DNA of 64,000 nucleotides, taken from Candidatus Sericytochromatia bacterium (GTDB lineage: Bacteria > Cyanobacteriota > Sericytochromatia > UBA7694). A model generated the notes under the pieces. The model saw nothing but the letters and a program-made list of their open reading frames with translations. It had not been told where the DNA came from and searched no databases. A program made the position numbers and the translations under genes. Positions 40,763 through 50,977 of the stretch are shown piece by piece. The stretch spans positions 195,125 through 259,124 of the forward strand of contig CAXRDE010000023.1 of the NCBI GenBank assembly GCA_964229355.1. Reading direction: 5' to 3'. Positions within the stretch are counted from its first letter, which is position 1, and every line of letters begins with the position of its first letter.

Positions 40763-43684
40763 ATGGTTTTTTCTCGTTCTCAGCGTGCGGTTAGCCTCGG
40801 TGCAGTCTCTCTTAGTGCCTGCCTTGCGGTAAGCTGTCAAAACCCATCGGAAACCCAGGGGCCTCAGCCTCGCCCGGCGGGGACGATTGCACCCACGGTC
40901 ACCTATACGGGAAACCCCGGTTCACCGGGCCAGGTTCCCCCCTCAGGCCTGCCCTCAGAACCGGGCCAACTCCGCTTTAAAATCAAAATTGATCGCCGCT
41001 TAATACAGGGCTTCGGCATTCAACAGCTGAGCAATTGCGCCCAGGATCTCAGTCAAATCGAAACCACAATAACCCTCTCTAGCCAGGTGTCGGCAGCCAC
41101 TCAAAGCGCTTTAGAACAGCAAGGCGTTGTGGTGGTCAACCAGGATGGGCAAAGCACGTTAACCTTTAACAATACCCTGGCCGAAGTGGATCCAGACACC
41201 CTGGAGATCAGCTACAGTTTTTCAGATCTTCCGCAGGGTGCCGCCATTGCCCAAACCCTGGTCAAAGGGGTCGAGAATGTAGCGTTCGGATTCGTTGATT
41301 ACAGTGTTACCGTGGATGACCAGGGCGGAAGTGTACTCAACGTCAGTCTCAACGCCACCGATAACCTCTCAAGTATCACCAGTTGCCCACAGCTGGAGGC
41401 CGAAGTGGAGGGCGGTGTACTCAGTGGGGCAGGGGGTAATATCGTGGTGCCCACACCCAGCCCCAGTCCCAGTCCCACACCCTCTCCCAGCGCCACGCCG
41501 GTCAACGCCACAGTACCCACCTTAAGCAGCATTAGCAAAACCCAGGGGCCACCGGCAAGTCAGGTGATCATTACAGGTACAGGTTTTGAAACCACCACCG
41601 CAGTCACCTTCGGCGGAGCGCCTGCCTTTGAATTTCGCATCGACAGTGATACCCAAATCACGGCCTACTCCACCAGTTCCAATCCGGTGGCAGGCACCGT
41701 CAAAGTTATCAATCCCGCAGGCGAAGCAGAGTCCAGCGCCATCTTTACCCCTCAAGTTGTCGCCAATCGTCGCATTTTTATTGCCCCCAACGGAAACGGA
41801 GATGGCTCCTCATGGTCACAAGCCCTTTCGCTCCGTTACGGTTTGGCCACCGCTCAGCCGGGTGATGAAGTGTGGGTACAGGCGGGTACCCATACGCCAG
41901 CAGCACCCGATGGGAATCGCAGCCACAGTTTTATCACCAATCCCAACGTTAAAATTTACGGTGGATTCTCAGGGAATGAGACGGCCCTCGACCAACGGGA
42001 TTCAGTCAGTAATCCCACCATTTTAAGCGGCGATCTCAACGGCAACGACAATTACACCGACAGCAGCATCGATGACTTAAACGATAATGCCTATCACGTT
42101 TTTATTGCCGCAGATCAGGTACATCTGGAAGGTGTCACCCTGCAAGGTGGCTATGCCAACGGGCCAGAAGTATCAGACCGACAGGGAGCGGGGCTTTACC
42201 TGAACCAGGGCAACTTAACCCTGGTTAACGTGCGTTTTGAGAACAATGTCAGCGCTTTTGCCGGAGGCGGTATTTATCAAACCCAGGGACAATTACAACT
42301 GGATACCGTGCACTTTGAAAACAACAACGCCGCTTTCTTAGGTGGGGGTCTGTTTAGCACCCGCAATGCCAGCGGCACCGGCAGTCAGGTTACCTTTGTG
42401 CGCAACACCGCCAAGCAGGGCGGTGGCATTGCCAATGACGGCAGCGGCATTGACTTGAATGGCTTTACCTTTGACGATAATGGCGCTCTTTACAGCGGCG
42501 GTGCCCTTTATAATCGTTCCGGTGCCAGCCCAGACTTTCAAAACGGGATCTTTAAAAACAATCGTGCCAGCAGTGGCGGCGCCGTCTACACCACAGATAC
42601 AAACACCCAACTGAAGCTCACAAGCGTGGTTTTTGAAAACAACGATGCCGATAACGGCGGAGCCATGTACAACTACAATTATGCATCTCCACAACTTGAA
42701 CAGGTACGCTTTACGGGCAATTTGGCAAACTTCTGGGGGGGGGCCCTCTACAATTACTTGCACGCCTCCCCCACCTTAAATCGTACAGCTTTTAACGACA
42801 ATGCAGCCCCCCGCGGCGGAGCAATATATAATCGCAGTCATGCTTCACCCCAAATTCAAAACAGCGTCTTCCATAACAATATCGCTTCTGATGGTGGGGG
42901 CGGTGCGATTTACAATTACAACGCCGCCTCGCCCAGCATGGTGCACCTCACCTTTTACAACAATCTTGCCAGCGCCGACAGTGGCGCAGATATTTTTTCC
43001 ACACTCTTGTGTCAACCCCGTCTGATCAACAGTATTGTCTGGAATGCCAATGCGAATCCGGTTTTTCAAGATGTGGATCGTCAAATTGAAATTTTAAACT
43101 CCACGGTGTTAAATATGGAGGGCGTCAACTCTATTGGCTTTTCAAATTTAGACATCAACCCACGCTTTGTGGATAGCGCCAACCCGCTGGGTCCAGACGG
43201 CATCTTAATGACGGCTGATGACGGGCTACGCCTGGCCAATAATAGCCCTGTTTCAGACTTTGCCAGTAGCACCTACACCTCGCCGCTGGATGTGCTGGGT
43301 GTTCCCCGTGTGGGAAATCCCGATCAGGGTGCTTACGAAGGCGAGTTTGACGCGGTTTTAGGCGTCTTACAAAGCGAAGACCTGGTCGTTGGCTCAGGCC
43401 CTGGTGCCACCAGCGGCGATGTACTGGTGGTAGACTATACGGGCGCTATTCAAGGGGGTGGGCAGTTCAATAACACCTATACCCAGGGCAGTCCTTTCCA
43501 GTTTATTTTGGGAACCGGTGCAGTCATTCAGGGTTGGGATCAGGGGCTCCAGGGCTTACAGGTGGGTGGAAAAAGACGCCTGATTGTGCCTTCTCATCTG
43601 GCCTATGGCGAACAAGGGCTAGGTCCTATACCACCCGGTTCAACCCTGGTATTTGAAATTGAGCTGCGCAGTATTAACCCTTGA
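40763..43684 (+). CDS. large lipoprotein: IPT/TIG domain + parallel beta-helix (Pmp-like GGAI/FxxN repeats) + C-terminal FKBP-type peptidyl-prolyl isomerase
   Basis: Lipoprotein signal (SLSACLAVSC). A PSPSPSPTPSPS linker is followed by an IPT/TIG-like segment. About 15 repeats of the type GGAIYN / GGALYN / FxxN appear over ~450 aa. The C-terminal 95 aa (GDVLVVDYTGAIQGGGQFNNTYTQGSPFQFILGTGAVIQGWDQGLQGLQVGGKRRLIVPSHLAYGEQGLGPIPPGSTLVFEIEL) aligns closely with FKBP12. Confidence 0.7.
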   Translation: MVFSRSQRAVSLGAVSLSACLAVSCQNPSETQGPQPRPAGTIAPTVTYTGNPGSPGQVPPSGLPSEPGQLRFKIKIDRRLIQGFGIQQLSNCAQDLSQIETTITLSSQVSAATQSALEQQGVVVVNQDGQSTLTFNNTLAEVDPDTLEISYSFSDLPQGAAIAQTLVKGVENVAFGFVDYSVTVDDQGGSVLNVSLNATDNLSSITSCPQLEAEVEGGVLSGAGGNIVVPTPSPSPSPTPSPSATPVNATVPTLSSISKTQGPPASQVIITGTGFETTTAVTFGGAPAFEFRIDSDTQITAYSTSSNPVAGTVKVINPAGEAESSAIFTPQVVANRRIFIAPNGNGDGSSWSQALSLRYGLATAQPGDEVWVQAGTHTPAAPDGNRSHSFITNPNVKIYGGFSGNETALDQRDSVSNPTILSGDLNGNDNYTDSSIDDLNDNAYHVFIAADQVHLEGVTLQGGYANGPEVSDRQGAGLYLNQGNLTLVNVRFENNVSAFAGGGIYQTQGQLQLDTVHFENNNAAFLGGGLFSTRNASGTGSQVTFVRNTAKQGGGIANDGSGIDLNGFTFDDNGALYSGGALYNRSGASPDFQNGIFKNNRASSGGAVYTTDTNTQLKLTSVVFENNDADNGGAMYNYNYASPQLEQVRFTGNLANFWGGALYNYLHASPTLNRTAFNDNAAPRGGAIYNRSHASPQIQNSVFHNNIASDGGGGAIYNYNAASPSMVHLTFYNNLASADSGADIFSTLLCQPRLINSIVWNANANPVFQDVDRQIEILNSTVLNMEGVNSIGFSNLDINPRFVDSANPLGPDGILMTADDGLRLANNSPVSDFASSTYTSPLDVLGVPRVGNPDQGAYEGEFDAVLGVLQSEDLVVGSGPGATSGDVLVVDYTGAIQGGGQFNNTYTQGSPFQFILGTGAVIQGWDQGLQGLQVGGKRRLIVPSHLAYGEQGLGPIPPGSTLVFEIELRSINP

Positions 43685-44871
43685 ACGCCCTCTTTTTTGT
43701 GGAATACTTCCCCGAGCCCTGGCAACATATAGCCGTTGATTTGCAAACGGCTCTGTTGATGCTGATCTCTGGATTAATAACCTACAGTTTAAGTCAACGC
43801 CTCCTTTTGCCCATGATTGCTCGTTTTGTGCGCAGCACCCAATTTAAATGGGATGATGTATTTTTTGAGCACCGGGTATTTCATATCATTCCTTATTTGG
43901 CAGGTCTTAGCGCCCTTTCGCCCTTCTCCTTTATGAACCCGCAGTTTAATACGGGCTTTAGCCGCAGCATTTTGATTCTGATTTTAATCGTGTTTTTGTT
44001 GACTTTGCACCGCATCTTAAACGCCATTGAGGCCATTTATAACAACTACGATGTTTCCCGAGAAAAGCCCATCAAAACCTACTTTCAGGTGATTATGTTG
44101 GTGCTATCTTTAGGGGTCGCCCTCATCAGTATCGGCATTATTTTTCAGCAATCTGTGCTCACCCTAATTAGTGGACTGGGTGCGATTACCGCAGTCTTAA
44201 TGCTCATTTTCAAAGATCCCATCAGCGGCTTCGTGGCGGGCATTCAACTCACGGTCAATCACATGATCCGCCTGGGAGACTGGATTGAAATGCCGGATTA
44301 CAAAGCCGATGGCGAAGTGATCGAAATTAACATGACCACCCTGAAAGTGCGCAATTGGGATTTCACCATTACCACCATTCCCGTCCAGGCACTCACCGCA
44401 GGCTCTTTTCGCAACTGGCGCGGCATGACCGAAATGGGGGGAAGGCGTATAAAGCGCAGCCTGCTGATTGATGTACGAAGTATTTCATTTTGCTCCGAAG
44501 CGTTGCTTTCTGATTTACAGCACATGCCCCGCTTACAAAATTACCTGACTGAGCGATGCGCCGAAATTCAACAGCACAATCAACACCACGGCTACGAAGA
44601 AATGCCCCAGCGGGGAGGTCGACACCTGACCAATATTGGTCTGTTTCGCCAATACACCTTAACTTACTTGCGTGAACAGTCCCAAATTCATCAAGACATG
44701 CCCCTCATGGTGAGACAACTTCAGCCCCATGAGTTTGGACTTCCCCTGGAGATTTATGCTTTCAGCCGCCAGACCGCCTGGATAGATTATGAAAACCTGC
44801 AAAGCGATATTTTTGACCATTTAATCGCCATGGTGCCCGCATTTGAACTCCGGCTGTATCAACGGCCCTGA
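43681..44871 (+). CDS. mechanosensitive ion channel (MscS family)
   Basis: TM helices are followed by the MscS beta-domain signature ISGFVAGIQLTVNHMIRLGDWIEM...GEVIEINMTTLKVRNWDFTITTIPV. The track start is a TTG overlapping the upstream stop, so the true start is uncertain. Confidence 0.75.
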   Translation: MNALFFVEYFPEPWQHIAVDLQTALLMLISGLITYSLSQRLLLPMIARFVRSTQFKWDDVFFEHRVFHIIPYLAGLSALSPFSFMNPQFNTGFSRSILILILIVFLLTLHRILNAIEAIYNNYDVSREKPIKTYFQVIMLVLSLGVALISIGIIFQQSVLTLISGLGAITAVLMLIFKDPISGFVAGIQLTVNHMIRLGDWIEMPDYKADGEVIEINMTTLKVRNWDFTITTIPVQALTAGSFRNWRGMTEMGGRRIKRSLLIDVRSISFCSEALLSDLQHMPRLQNYLTERCAEIQQHNQHHGYEEMPQRGGRHLTNIGLFRQYTLTYLREQSQIHQDMPLMVRQLQPHEFGLPLEIYAFSRQTAWIDYENLQSDIFDHLIAMVPAFELRLYQRP

Positions 44872-44879
44872 GGTAAGCC

Positions 44880-47870
44880 ATGGAAATTTTTACCTCTCCA
44901 ATATTTTTAAGCCTTCACAGTTTGTTTTTTTTAATCAGTCTGGCGGGCTTTATAGGCTTATCTTTTCGTCAGAACCGCAAGTTAAAGCGCATTATTGCTG
45001 AACAAAGCACCACTCTCCAACGCCTGGCTGACTCAGAAACTTTGCTACAGCGCATGTTTGACATCGTACCGGTAGGGATTTCACTCATGGATACCTTTGG
45101 CAATATTATCGATTGCAACGGGGCCTCAGAGCAATTGCTGGGACTCAGTAAAGATGAGCACAGCGGCAGACACATCACCTCTGAGGCCTGGGAGATCTAT
45201 GATGCCACAGGCCGGAAAATACCCGCCGAAGCTTATGCCAGCGTCCGCGCACTGCGCGCCCAAAAAGAAATAGTGGGTCAGGAAATAGAAGTACGCAAGC
45301 CCGATGGCGATAGCGTGTGGCTAAGCGTCAATGCCACGCCTTTTTTGCACTCCCGCTACGCCCTTTTGGTGAGCTACTACGATATTACGCCTCAAAAACA
45401 AGCTGAACAAGCCCGTCTCAATCATCAAAACTTCTTAAGCACCTTGATTCAGACCATCCCCGATCTCATGTGGTTTAAAGATCCCCAGGGAATCTACCTG
45501 CAATGTAACCGACGGTTTGAAGCTTTTTTTGGTAGATCTGCCTCGGGCATTATTGGCAAAACGGACCATGACTTTGTGTCAGCTTCTCAGGCGGACCTGT
45601 TTCGCCACTATGACCAGCTCGCCATGCACAGCGGCGAGCCCGTGGTGAACCAGGAATGGGTCACCTTTGCCAAAGACGGCCATCGAGAGTTGCTTGAGAC
45701 CACCAAGACTGCTGTGTATAACCCTCAAAAGCAGCTGATCGGTGTCCTGGGCATTGGTCACAATATTACCGACACCCATGCCCTGCAAGAAGCCCTGGAA
45801 CTCACCACCTCAAGTTACGAGGAGCTTTTTAACTCGGTGCTTGAATCGGTAGTCATTGAAGATGCCGAAGGGCGTATTGTGGCTGTCAATAAAAGCGTCA
45901 CCCGCTTATTGGGTTATGAAGAAGAGTGGTTAATCCATAAACCCATTGCAGAATTGGCTGCTCCGCGCAACAAAAACGCAGCACAAGCCCTGTTGCGCAC
46001 CAAGGCCTGGGAGGGCAGGCCTCAGGTCTATACCAGTTGGCTTCAGCACATAAATGGCAACGTTTTTCCAGTAGAAATTCATCAAACCAGCGGGATGTGG
46101 TTTGGTCAAAAAGCCCTCTTTACGATTATGACCGACATTTCAGAGCGTTGGTCTCATCAACAAGAGCTTGAGCTTATCGCCCACTATGATAGCTTAACGC
46201 ATTTGCCCAATCGTGTCCTGCTGAGTGATCGCATTTTACAAGCCATGGCCCAGAGTGAACGCACAAAAGGCTTACTGGGCGTTGTGTTTTTGGATCTCGA
46301 CGGTTTTAAACGTGTCAACGATACTTACGGCCACGCGGCGGGTGACCGTTTACTCGTCAAGCTGGCCGTAAGACTTAAGGCTGCATTACGCAAAGGAGAT
46401 ACCCTCGCACGTATTGGGGGAGACGAGTTTGTGGCGGTGATCCTCAATCTGGAGAGTGCCCAGGCTATCACCCCCATTTTAGAGCGCTTGCTGCAAGCCG
46501 CTGCGGAGCCTTTTCAATGGGACGCTGTCGAAGCCAGGGTCTCTGCGAGTCTGGGCGTTACGTTTTACCCCCAAAAGCATTTATTAGACGTGGATCAACT
46601 GCTGCGTCAGGCCGATCAAGCCATGTATCAGGCAAAGCAGTCGGGTAAAAACCGTTATCACATTTTTGACCCTGTTGAAGACCACGATATTCGCCAACAT
46701 CACCAGGATATGCAACGGCTGCAGGAAGCCTTTGAAAACCAGGAGTTTTGCCTGTATTATCAACCCAAAGTCAATATGTACACAGGCCAGGTGTTAGGTG
46801 CAGAAGCTTTAATTCGTTGGCAGCATCCTGAACGAGGGGTATTGGCACCCGTGTACTTTTTACCCACCCTCGGTGAAGGCCCCTTGAGTCTTTCTCTGGG
46901 AGACTGGGTGCTCGAAAGCGCGCTCAAACAATTGCAACAGTGGCAAGCCCAGGGGCTTCACCTTTCGGTTAGCGTTAATATTCAAGGCAATCACCTTCAA
47001 TCCCCTGATTTTGCCGAGCGCTTGCAAGCACTTCTGCAGGCACATCCAGAAATTTCCCCGGAAGACCTTGAGCTGGAAGTGTTAGAAACCCATCTGATTG
47101 AAGACTTAAAGCACACCTCGGCCATTATTCAAAAATGTCAGGAGTTAGGTGTGCAATTTGCCTTAGACGACTTTGGCACCGGCTATTCTTCACTGAGTTA
47201 TCTCAAGGAGCTTCCTGTGAACACTTTAAAAATTGATCAAAGTTTTGTGAGAGACATGCTCGAAACCCCTGAAGATCTTTCCATTTTAGAGAGCACGCTG
47301 GAGCTGGCAAAAACCTTTCACAAACACGTGATTGTCGAGGGCGTTGAAACTCTGGCTCACGGGCGAATTCTTTTGCAACTGGGCAGCCTCTGGGGTCAGG
47401 GTTACGGTATTGGACGCCCCATGCCGGCAGAAGCTTTCGAAAAATGGTGCCGAAGCTGGACATTACCAACCCTTTGGAAAGAAACGTATCCGGTCGCTAA
47501 AGGGCTTCGTCCCCTGCTCATCGCTATTGCCGAACACAAAGCCTGGTTTCAAGAGCTCAATCACCTGCTCAAACATACCGCTCCCACTGAAGACCTTAAG
47601 ATCTTTGATAAACTTTGCCGCCTACACCATTGGTTCTATCACACGTATTCCACAAAGGAAGCAGAAAGTCTACTTTTTCAAGAGGCTTCAGACCACCATG
47701 AAAAACTTCACCAGCGTGTACAACAGCTTTTTCCTGATATTTTAACGCGCTCTCCAGCTGAAAAAGAGGAGATTGCCCAGGAGCTGAATAAACAGTGGCA
47801 GATTATCGAAGATAAGCTGCAACACTGGCTCAATCAGCAAAGTAATCCCGGTATCTCAAAGATTTTATGA
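44880..47870 (+). CDS. PAS/PAC-GGDEF-EAL signalling protein (c-di-GMP turnover)
   Basis: N-terminal TM segment, then three PAS-like segments. GGDEF domain: LDLDGFKRVNDTYGH...RIGGDEFV. EAL domain: EALIRWQHPERG, ALDDFGTGYSSLSYL, KIDQSFV. An extra C-terminal ~130 aa has unknown function. A GAGGTAAG SD is present. Confidence 0.85.
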   Translation: MEIFTSPIFLSLHSLFFLISLAGFIGLSFRQNRKLKRIIAEQSTTLQRLADSETLLQRMFDIVPVGISLMDTFGNIIDCNGASEQLLGLSKDEHSGRHITSEAWEIYDATGRKIPAEAYASVRALRAQKEIVGQEIEVRKPDGDSVWLSVNATPFLHSRYALLVSYYDITPQKQAEQARLNHQNFLSTLIQTIPDLMWFKDPQGIYLQCNRRFEAFFGRSASGIIGKTDHDFVSASQADLFRHYDQLAMHSGEPVVNQEWVTFAKDGHRELLETTKTAVYNPQKQLIGVLGIGHNITDTHALQEALELTTSSYEELFNSVLESVVIEDAEGRIVAVNKSVTRLLGYEEEWLIHKPIAELAAPRNKNAAQALLRTKAWEGRPQVYTSWLQHINGNVFPVEIHQTSGMWFGQKALFTIMTDISERWSHQQELELIAHYDSLTHLPNRVLLSDRILQAMAQSERTKGLLGVVFLDLDGFKRVNDTYGHAAGDRLLVKLAVRLKAALRKGDTLARIGGDEFVAVILNLESAQAITPILERLLQAAAEPFQWDAVEARVSASLGVTFYPQKHLLDVDQLLRQADQAMYQAKQSGKNRYHIFDPVEDHDIRQHHQDMQRLQEAFENQEFCLYYQPKVNMYTGQVLGAEALIRWQHPERGVLAPVYFLPTLGEGPLSLSLGDWVLESALKQLQQWQAQGLHLSVSVNIQGNHLQSPDFAERLQALLQAHPEISPEDLELEVLETHLIEDLKHTSAIIQKCQELGVQFALDDFGTGYSSLSYLKELPVNTLKIDQSFVRDMLETPEDLSILESTLELAKTFHKHVIVEGVETLAHGRILLQLGSLWGQGYGIGRPMPAEAFEKWCRSWTLPTLWKETYPVAKGLRPLLIAIAEHKAWFQELNHLLKHTAPTEDLKIFDKLCRLHHWFYHTYSTKEAESLLFQEASDHHEKLHQRVQQLFPDILTRSPAEKEEIAQELNKQWQIIEDKLQHWLNQQSNPGISKIL

Positions 47871-47889
47871 GATATGAGATAATAGACTC

Positions 47890-49032
47890 ATGAGCACTGA
47901 ACCTCTTGATCCCGCTCTCAATGGGACCGCCCTTAATTTTGAGGATAACGATTTCGACAAAACCATCATTACCCAGGTGCCTGACGCCCTGAGAGTTTCA
48001 AGTGAAGGTCTGTTTTTAAAAGCTGCCGATCAAACCTATCCGCTTCCCCTGGGGCCCATGGTGATTGGCCGAGATGCCAGTTGTACCCTCACCTTGTCAT
48101 CGCGCATGATTTCCAGACACCATGCGGTGATTTACCGTCAGGGTAAGCATTATTTACTCAGAGATCTGCATTCGACCAACGGGGTTGTGGTGAACGACCA
48201 AAAGGTAGCCCAGACCCTCCTTCGCCCCGGAGATACCATCCAAATGGGCGATCAGAACTTTGAGATTATTGAAGGTCAGTTCCCTCCCGAAAAATACCAT
48301 AATGCTTGCATTGTTGTTTTTCTGGATCTGGCCGGGTCCACCCATCTGACCGAAAAGTACGGCGCCGCTTTTTCGGCATCTATTCGTGAGCTGATGCGCC
48401 GGGTCGAGGACGAAGTGCTTATTCACCGGGGGTGCCCTGTAAAGCTGCTGGGCGACGGACTCATGTGTGCCTTTGATCTCTTTGCGGTCAGAGAGTCTGG
48501 CTATCAGGCTTTTGATCGCGCCTTGCAGTTTGCCCAAAAAGCGGTCCGTATGTTTGCCGAAAGCAAGCAGTTTGAGCCGCTGCACCTGAGGGTCGGTTTG
48601 CACTATGGAGACGTCTTGCTCTCAGAAGTGCCTCACTTCGACCTGTTTGGCGATACGGTAAACACAGCGGCCCGCCTGGAATCCGCGAATAAGTACTATC
48701 ACACGCAAATTTTAGTTTCTGACGCTTTTTTTCAACGCACCCGCTTTCAAGCCTATTTACGCGAAGTGGATCAGGTCTTTGTCATGGGTAAAGACCAGCC
48801 CATTACTCTGTATACCTGGGATCATACCTTTTTAAAATCCAAAAATCATCAACACCGCGTTCCCTACGAAACGGGACTAAAAGCGTATCGAGAAGGCAAT
48901 TTTTCACAAGCGTTCAGCATTTGGAAGCAATACGCAACACAAGACCCGCTCTGTACTCCCATGCTAACCCGCCTTCAAGAGAATCCCGATGTTCCCGAGC
49001 ACTGGCAAGGAGTATGGGCCTTAGATAAGTAG
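47890..49032 (+). CDS. FHA domain-class III adenylate/guanylate cyclase fusion
   Basis: FHA domain: MVIGRDASCTLTLSSRMISRHHAVIYRQGKHYLLRDLHSTNGVVVN. Cyclase domain: VVFLDLAGSTHL and FGDTVNTAARLES. Confidence 0.8.
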   Translation: MSTEPLDPALNGTALNFEDNDFDKTIITQVPDALRVSSEGLFLKAADQTYPLPLGPMVIGRDASCTLTLSSRMISRHHAVIYRQGKHYLLRDLHSTNGVVVNDQKVAQTLLRPGDTIQMGDQNFEIIEGQFPPEKYHNACIVVFLDLAGSTHLTEKYGAAFSASIRELMRRVEDEVLIHRGCPVKLLGDGLMCAFDLFAVRESGYQAFDRALQFAQKAVRMFAESKQFEPLHLRVGLHYGDVLLSEVPHFDLFGDTVNTAARLESANKYYHTQILVSDAFFQRTRFQAYLREVDQVFVMGKDQPITLYTWDHTFLKSKNHQHRVPYETGLKAYREGNFSQAFSIWKQYATQDPLCTPMLTRLQENPDVPEHWQGVWALDK

Positions 49033-49049
49033 GCCTCAGCCATTAACCC

Positions 49050-49787
49050 ATGTACACTTTACTCACCATTCCTTACAGCCATTACTGCGAACGGGCGCGC
49101 TGGGCCCTGGACCTGAGTCAGCTCAGCTATCAAGAAGAAGGACATGCTCCTTTTTTTCATGCCTATTACAATCGCAAACGGGGCGCTCAGCGCATGGTGC
49201 CAGCCCTTGTTACCCCTGCACAAGTCATTAACGGTTCTGACCAGATTTTACGTTTTGTGCATCAACACCGTCCCCTCTACCCCACACATCTGGAGGCCAG
49301 CATTCTCAGTTGGGAAGATCGTTTTGACCGCGTCTTTGGGATAAAAAGCCGTGTCTGGGCCTATATTCACCTCCAAAAGGTCCCCGAACAACTTCATTCC
49401 ATTTTGCAAGAAGGCACGCCCGGGGAGTATGCGTTCATCAAGCCTTTTGTGCCTTATGCCCTGCAAAGCATTGTCTCGCTCTATAAGGCGTACCCCTATC
49501 GCCTTCGGCGTGTGGAGCAAGACCTTAACCACCTGCTCGACCAATGTGATTTTATGCTAAAAGACCAGCGCTCCTTCTTTATGGGAGAGACCTTCACCGC
49601 AGCGGACATTACCCTCTGTGCGCTGGCCAGCATTCTGGTCTTTCCACCGGAGCATGGCTTTGCTTACCCGGCCCTTGAAACTTTTCCTGAGGCCATGCAA
49701 ACCCAGATTTTACAGTGGCGCAAACGCCCCGTAGGACAATATATTTTGCGTATGTATGCCAACCACCGCACCCGCTTCGGTGTATAG
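49050..49787 (+). CDS. glutathione S-transferase-like protein
   Basis: The N-terminal thioredoxin-like pattern (LLTIPYSHYCERARWALDL...MVPALV...INGSDQILRFV) and the helical C-terminus are consistent with the GST superfamily. Motif match is weak. Confidence 0.45.
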   Translation: MYTLLTIPYSHYCERARWALDLSQLSYQEEGHAPFFHAYYNRKRGAQRMVPALVTPAQVINGSDQILRFVHQHRPLYPTHLEASILSWEDRFDRVFGIKSRVWAYIHLQKVPEQLHSILQEGTPGEYAFIKPFVPYALQSIVSLYKAYPYRLRRVEQDLNHLLDQCDFMLKDQRSFFMGETFTAADITLCALASILVFPPEHGFAYPALETFPEAMQTQILQWRKRPVGQYILRMYANHRTRFGV

Positions 49788-49824
49788 TGCATACATCAAC
49801 TCGTATCTCATATAGGAACAAAAA

Positions 49825-50955
49825 ATGACTGACAAAACATATCATGTAATCATTGCAGGCTCAGGTGGCATTGGAAGTGCCACAGCATTATTATTGCAAC
49901 AGGGTCTTATTCAAACCGAAGTGTATCTGGGAGACGCTTCTCTAGATGCCGCCCAGGCCGCTGCTGCCTGGGTAGAAGCTGGCTTTGATCATCCCGTACG
50001 TGTCCATGCTTTTGAAATGCCTCTGGAAGGAACCAGCGCCATCTTCGATCAGTATTTGGCCCAGGCAGATATTTTGTTGGACTGCTTGCCCGGTAGCGAA
50101 GCACCCCGCATGGCCCGTCTGGCCAAACAACACGGTCTGCATTACGCCAATGTCACCGAATACGTCAAAGAAACCGACGAGATCATGGCCCTGGGTCAGG
50201 GTATTGAGCAGGGGTTCATTTTGCAAACCGGCCTGGCCCCCGGCTTTATTAACGTCCTGGGCATGCAGTTGTTCCAACAATTTTGTCACACCTTCGGCGT
50301 TGAGAAAGCAGACACCGTCAAAATGCGCGTGGGTGCTTTAACCGATGAGATCGTTGCTCCCCATTACTATGGTTTTACCTGGAGTAAGGTGGGCGTGGCC
50401 ACCGAGTATCTCAAGCCGGCCATTGTGGTCAGAGACTTTGAAAAAACCGAGCGTCCTTCACTCACGGATCTTGAGACCTTAAACGTCAACGGCGTCGACT
50501 ATGAAGAAGCCTTAACCTCTGGCGGGGTTTCCGATCTGCCCGACGCTTTGGCCGGTCGTGTCCGTCATTTGGATTATAAAACCCTGCGCCACCCCGGCCA
50601 CTATCAATGGGTTATTAACGCCATTGAGAGCGAAGATTTACATACTCCTGATCAGCTGCAAAACTACATGGAAGAACATATTCCTGACTTTGAAGCTGAT
50701 TTTGTGGTGATTTATGCCTCTGTGGAGGGCAAAGACAGCACAGGTACCCCTCAAAAGCTGGAAAAATCCTATCATATTAAGCCTTCTCAGGTGGGCAAGC
50801 ACACCCTGCGGGCCATTCAATCCACCACTGCAGCGGGTCTTGCCGAGTCAGCGCGCATGTTGCTTGAAGGCCACGTCAAAGGCCCTATTTTACAAAGCGA
50901 TGTAAATCCTGATACCTTTATGCAAGGGCCCTTTGTGTCCGAAATTTATATCTAA
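49825..50955 (+). CDS. saccharopine dehydrogenase-family NAD(P)-binding oxidoreductase
   Basis: Rossmann N-terminus YHVIIAGSGGIGSATALLL and LLDCLPGSEAPRMARLAKQHGLHYANVTEY. Overall length fits Sacchrp_dh / LysDH / homospermidine-synthase-like enzymes. Confidence 0.5.
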   Translation: MTDKTYHVIIAGSGGIGSATALLLQQGLIQTEVYLGDASLDAAQAAAAWVEAGFDHPVRVHAFEMPLEGTSAIFDQYLAQADILLDCLPGSEAPRMARLAKQHGLHYANVTEYVKETDEIMALGQGIEQGFILQTGLAPGFINVLGMQLFQQFCHTFGVEKADTVKMRVGALTDEIVAPHYYGFTWSKVGVATEYLKPAIVVRDFEKTERPSLTDLETLNVNGVDYEEALTSGGVSDLPDALAGRVRHLDYKTLRHPGHYQWVINAIESEDLHTPDQLQNYMEEHIPDFEADFVVIYASVEGKDSTGTPQKLEKSYHIKPSQVGKHTLRAIQSTTAAGLAESARMLLEGHVKGPILQSDVNPDTFMQGPFVSEIYI

Positions 50956-50977
50956 GCACCATGCAAAGGAATTGAGA

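Noticed and set aside
41460-41495. CCCAGCCCCAGTCCCAGTCCCACACCCTCTCCCAGC microsatellite-like stretch
   Set aside because: It is in frame and encodes a PSPSPSPTPSPS inter-domain linker of the beta-helix lipoprotein. It is not a non-coding repeat or CRISPR-like element.
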